64,000 bases of DNA from an uncultured Candidatus Saccharibacteria bacterium. Lineage in GTDB: Bacteria; Patescibacteriota; Saccharimonadia; Saccharimonadales; 2-12-FULL-41-12. Below the pieces are notes generated by a model that was given only the letters and a program-made list of their open reading frames with translations, searched no databases and was not told where the DNA came from. The stretch is taken from the NCBI GenBank assembly GCA_947085495.1, contig CAMTWJ010000002.1, forward strand, positions 38,599 through 102,598, in the 5' to 3' direction. Positions 61,221 through 64,000 of this stretch are shown here, in pieces (the first letter of the stretch is position 1; each line of letters opens with the position of its first letter). The translations under genes were made by a program, and so were the position numbers.

Positions 61221-62945
61221 ATGCAAAAATTTTCTTCACGTTCATTTAACAATGCTCGATTGGATCTATTTTATGGTCTGGTCATGATAGTTTTTGCAAT
61301 TTTTATCGTACGTTTATTTTATATTCAGGTTATTCAGCATCGTTATTATGCCAATGCAGCCCTGAGCGGCCAGTATAAAGAATATGAAATCCCAGCAGAG
61401 CGGGGAATTATCGTTGCCCACGACGGCGACACGACCGTGCCAATTGTTTTGAATGAAGATAAATTTACGCTTTTTGCGGATCCGAAGTATGTAAAAGAAC
61501 CGGGTAAAACAGCTGAAGACCTCGTAAAAATTACAGGAGGCAATAAATCTGAGTATGAAGATAAAATGAAGCAAAAAAATCGCTATGCGGTTTTGGCGAA
61601 GAAATTAGATGAATCTCAGAGCGAGCAGATCAAAAAATTAGAGCTTAAAGGTATCGGACTTCGTACTGAATCGATTAGAACATACCCACAAGGTACTTTG
61701 GCAGCCCAAATACTCGGCTTTGTAAATGATGAAGGTAAAGGCACGTATGGCGTCGAACAGGCACTGGACAGCCAGCTAAAGGGCAAAGCAGGGGAGCTCA
61801 AGGCTATCACTGACGTTCGGGGAGTGCCGCTTGCTGCAAACGGCGATAATGTGCGCAAAGAAGCAGTTCAAGGAAAGCAGACAACTCTAACGATCGACCT
61901 TGGTATGCAGCGAAAGGTGGAGGATCTGTTAAAAGATCATTTGCCAGCAGTGCGTTCAAACTCGGGCAGTGTAATTGTAATGGACGTTAACACTGGAGCA
62001 GTACGGGCAATGGCTAATTTCCCAACCTACAACCCCAGCGAATTTTATAAAGTTAATGACGCAAACGTGTTTAATAATGCGGCCGTTAGCTCTCCGCTTG
62101 AAGTAGGTTCTGTCATGAAAACTCTTACGGTTGCAGCGGGTATGAATGAAAATGTGATTAATGCTAACACCACCTATGCAGACCCTGGGCAATGGAAGAT
62201 AGATGATGCAACGGTAAAGAACGTAGAGGAAGATGGCGGCGCAGCTACACGTTCAACCTCGGACATTTTGCGGTATTCATTAAACACCGGGGCCACCTGG
62301 GTGCTCATGCAGTTGGGGGGCGGGAAGATAAATGAGCAAGGACGAAACAAGTGGTACGATTATTTGGTAAATCATTATCGATTTGGGCAAAAAACAGGAA
62401 TTGAACAGGGCTACGAAGCAGAGGGTTACGTGCCTGGCCCCAACGATGGCTACGGGCTTAATATTCAGTATGCTAACACCACTTTTGGGCAAGGTATTAA
62501 CATTACCCCAATACAATTTGCAGCAGCCTTTTCTGCCACCATCAATGGGGGCAAATACTATAAGCCACATCTTGTTGAGCCTGATAACGGTAAACCGACA
62601 GTAGTTAACGATGCAACCGTGCGTCCGGAAATTTCAGAGCAAATGCGGGCAATGCACGAAAATTCGGTGGCCAAAAACTATACATTCCTGAAGCGTCCTG
62701 GCTATCACATTGGTGGCAAAACAGGTACAGCCGAGATTACCAAACCCGGTGGCGGATATTATGACGATCGGTACAATGGAACGTTTGTTGGTTTTGTGGG
62801 TGGAGATAAGCCAGAGTATGTCATTATGGTGCGCATTAACGAGCCGCACGTTGCTGGTTATGCCGGAACAAAAGCTGCTGCGCCTCTGTTTGCCAAGGTT
62901 ACTGATATGCTGATAAATAATTTTTCGATCCAGCCGTCGCAGTAG
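61221..62945 (+). CDS. ftsI: class B penicillin-binding protein (FtsI-type transpeptidase)
   Basis: N-terminal TM segment and a dimerisation domain. SxxK (GSVMKTL), SxN (YSLNTG) and KTG (GGKTGTA). Confidence 0.93.
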   Translation: MQKFSSRSFNNARLDLFYGLVMIVFAIFIVRLFYIQVIQHRYYANAALSGQYKEYEIPAERGIIVAHDGDTTVPIVLNEDKFTLFADPKYVKEPGKTAEDLVKITGGNKSEYEDKMKQKNRYAVLAKKLDESQSEQIKKLELKGIGLRTESIRTYPQGTLAAQILGFVNDEGKGTYGVEQALDSQLKGKAGELKAITDVRGVPLAANGDNVRKEAVQGKQTTLTIDLGMQRKVEDLLKDHLPAVRSNSGSVIVMDVNTGAVRAMANFPTYNPSEFYKVNDANVFNNAAVSSPLEVGSVMKTLTVAAGMNENVINANTTYADPGQWKIDDATVKNVEEDGGAATRSTSDILRYSLNTGATWVLMQLGGGKINEQGRNKWYDYLVNHYRFGQKTGIEQGYEAEGYVPGPNDGYGLNIQYANTTFGQGINITPIQFAAAFSATINGGKYYKPHLVEPDNGKPTVVNDATVRPEISEQMRAMHENSVAKNYTFLKRPGYHIGGKTGTAEITKPGGGYYDDRYNGTFVGFVGGDKPEYVIMVRINEPHVAGYAGTKAAAPLFAKVTDMLINNFSIQPSQ

Positions 62946-62997
62946 TTTTACAGAAGCAAAAAAGGTATAATATCTAGAGAGATAAAAAAACAAAACT

Positions 62998-64000
62998 ATG
63001 ACAAACGGAAACATTTTCGGCTTTGAAAACTCACAACTTATAGAAATCCTGTTTTTTGCTTTTCTTGGGTTCTTACTGAGCATGATTATTACTCCGCTCT
63101 ATACGACACTTGCATACCAATATAAATGGTGGAAAAAGCCTCGCTCTACGGCAGTAACGGGCGAGAAAGCAACAGTTTTTGCCAAGCTGCACCATGCAAA
63201 GCACGAGCGGCACATTCCAACTATGGCAGGTCTCATCTTTCTTGTTTCTGTAACAGTAGTTACACTTTGTTTTAACTTGTCTAGGACCCAAACCTGGCTA
63301 CCGTTAGCGGCATTTGTCGGAGCGGGGGCTGTGGGTCTGATTGATGACATTATTAACATCAGGGGTACTGGAAGGGGCATAGCTGGGCTAAATTCTAAAT
63401 TGAAGCTACTTTTGACCACGATCATTGCTCTAATTGGTGGGTTATTCTTTTACTTTAAACTCGATGTAACCACAATTAACGTTCCAGGATTTGGTGACCT
63501 AGCGCTCGGTTGGCTAATTATACCGCTGTTTGTACTGGTTATTGTAAGTACTGCCAATGCAGTCAATATCACGGACGGCCTCGATGGATTAGCTGGTGGG
63601 CTAGTAGCTATGTCATTTAGTATCTATGCCATAATTGCATTCCTGGAAGGGCGTTTCGGTGTAGCCGGTTTCTGTATGGCTATTGTTGGAGCTCTTTTGA
63701 GTTACACTTGGTTTAATATCTATCCAGCTCGTTTCTTTATGGGTGACGTCGGCTCGTTTGCTCTCGGTACTGCTCTTGGGGTTGTAGCTATGATTACTGA
63801 CACGGTGCTACTCTTGCCAATAATTGGCGGTGTGTTTGTTATGGAAGCTGGCTCGGTAGTGATACAGATTTTGTCGAAGAAGTTTAGAGGTAAAAAGGTA
63901 TTTAAAGTGGCACCGATACATCACCATTTTGAGGCATCAGGGTGGCCAGAAACCAAAGTTACCATGAGATTTTGGGTGCTTGGTCAAGTCTTTGGTTTTG
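62998..64000 (+). CDS. mraY: phospho-N-acetylmuramoyl-pentapeptide transferase, 5' part (runs off the window)
   Basis: My own translation from ATG 62998: ..VGLIDDIINIRG..NAVNITDGLDGLAGG..PARFFMGDVGSFALG..APIHHHFE. No stop codon before position 64000, so it is absent from the ORF track. Confidence 0.93.
   Translation, partial: MTNGNIFGFENSQLIEILFFAFLGFLLSMIITPLYTTLAYQYKWWKKPRSTAVTGEKATVFAKLHHAKHERHIPTMAGLIFLVSVTVVTLCFNLSRTQTWLPLAAFVGAGAVGLIDDIINIRGTGRGIAGLNSKLKLLLTTIIALIGGLFFYFKLDVTTINVPGFGDLALGWLIIPLFVLVIVSTANAVNITDGLDGLAGGLVAMSFSIYAIIAFLEGRFGVAGFCMAIVGALLSYTWFNIYPARFFMGDVGSFALGTALGVVAMITDTVLLLPIIGGVFVMEAGSVVIQILSKKFRGKKVFKVAPIHHHFEASGWPETKVTMRFWVLGQVFGF

Overview
The window is a dense, mostly plus-strand housekeeping region from a small-genome bacterium. 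I saw no rRNA, tRNA, CRISPR array, transposase or prophage.

Gene content:
- Partitioning: parA' and parB.
- Translation: rpmE, prfA, prmC, rpsB, tsf, frr, hpf, prfB, rpmA, and the synthetases proS, lysK (class I), serS and glyQS.
- Secretion and envelope: lepB, an LCP enzyme, htrA, secA, ftsEX with an M23 hydrolase and a Ctp protease, an LPXTG sortase substrate, and the dcw cluster mraZ-rsmH-ftsL-ftsI-mraY'.
- Repair: xseAB and recO.
- A few isolated metabolic genes: pheA, pyrG, a PurO-like IMP cyclohydrolase and msrA.

The monoderm-type envelope genes, class I LysRS, the very few biosynthetic genes and the many acidic ORFans fit a CPR/Saccharibacteria-like organism. That placement is inference only; no search was run. 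Both RF1 and RF2 are present and TGA is used as a stop codon, so the genetic code looks standard.

Most interesting observations:
1. A Phe-rich leader peptide with mutually exclusive terminator and antiterminator helices upstream of pheA.
2. A roughly 400-nt ORF-poor, hairpin-dense locus at 54.9-55.3 kb that looks like a structured RNA of unknown class. It sits upstream of an ORF152-NYN-PNPOx operon.
3. A heliorhodopsin-like 7TM protein that lacks the Schiff-base lysine.
4. An FtsEX-associated coiled-coil M23 peptidase whose catalytic motifs are in circularly permuted order.
5. A translationally coupled histidine-kinase-like and receiver-like pair with the phospho-sites replaced (His to Arg, Asp to Glu).
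6. Compact promoters placed so that several genes should be leaderless or nearly so, including a back-to-back pair with overlapping -35 boxes.
7. Ancient operons (rpmE-prfA-prmC; rpsB-tsf-..-frr-..-rseP-proS) whose order is kept but which are interleaved with ORFans.

All family assignments come from motifs read by eye. No database search was run.
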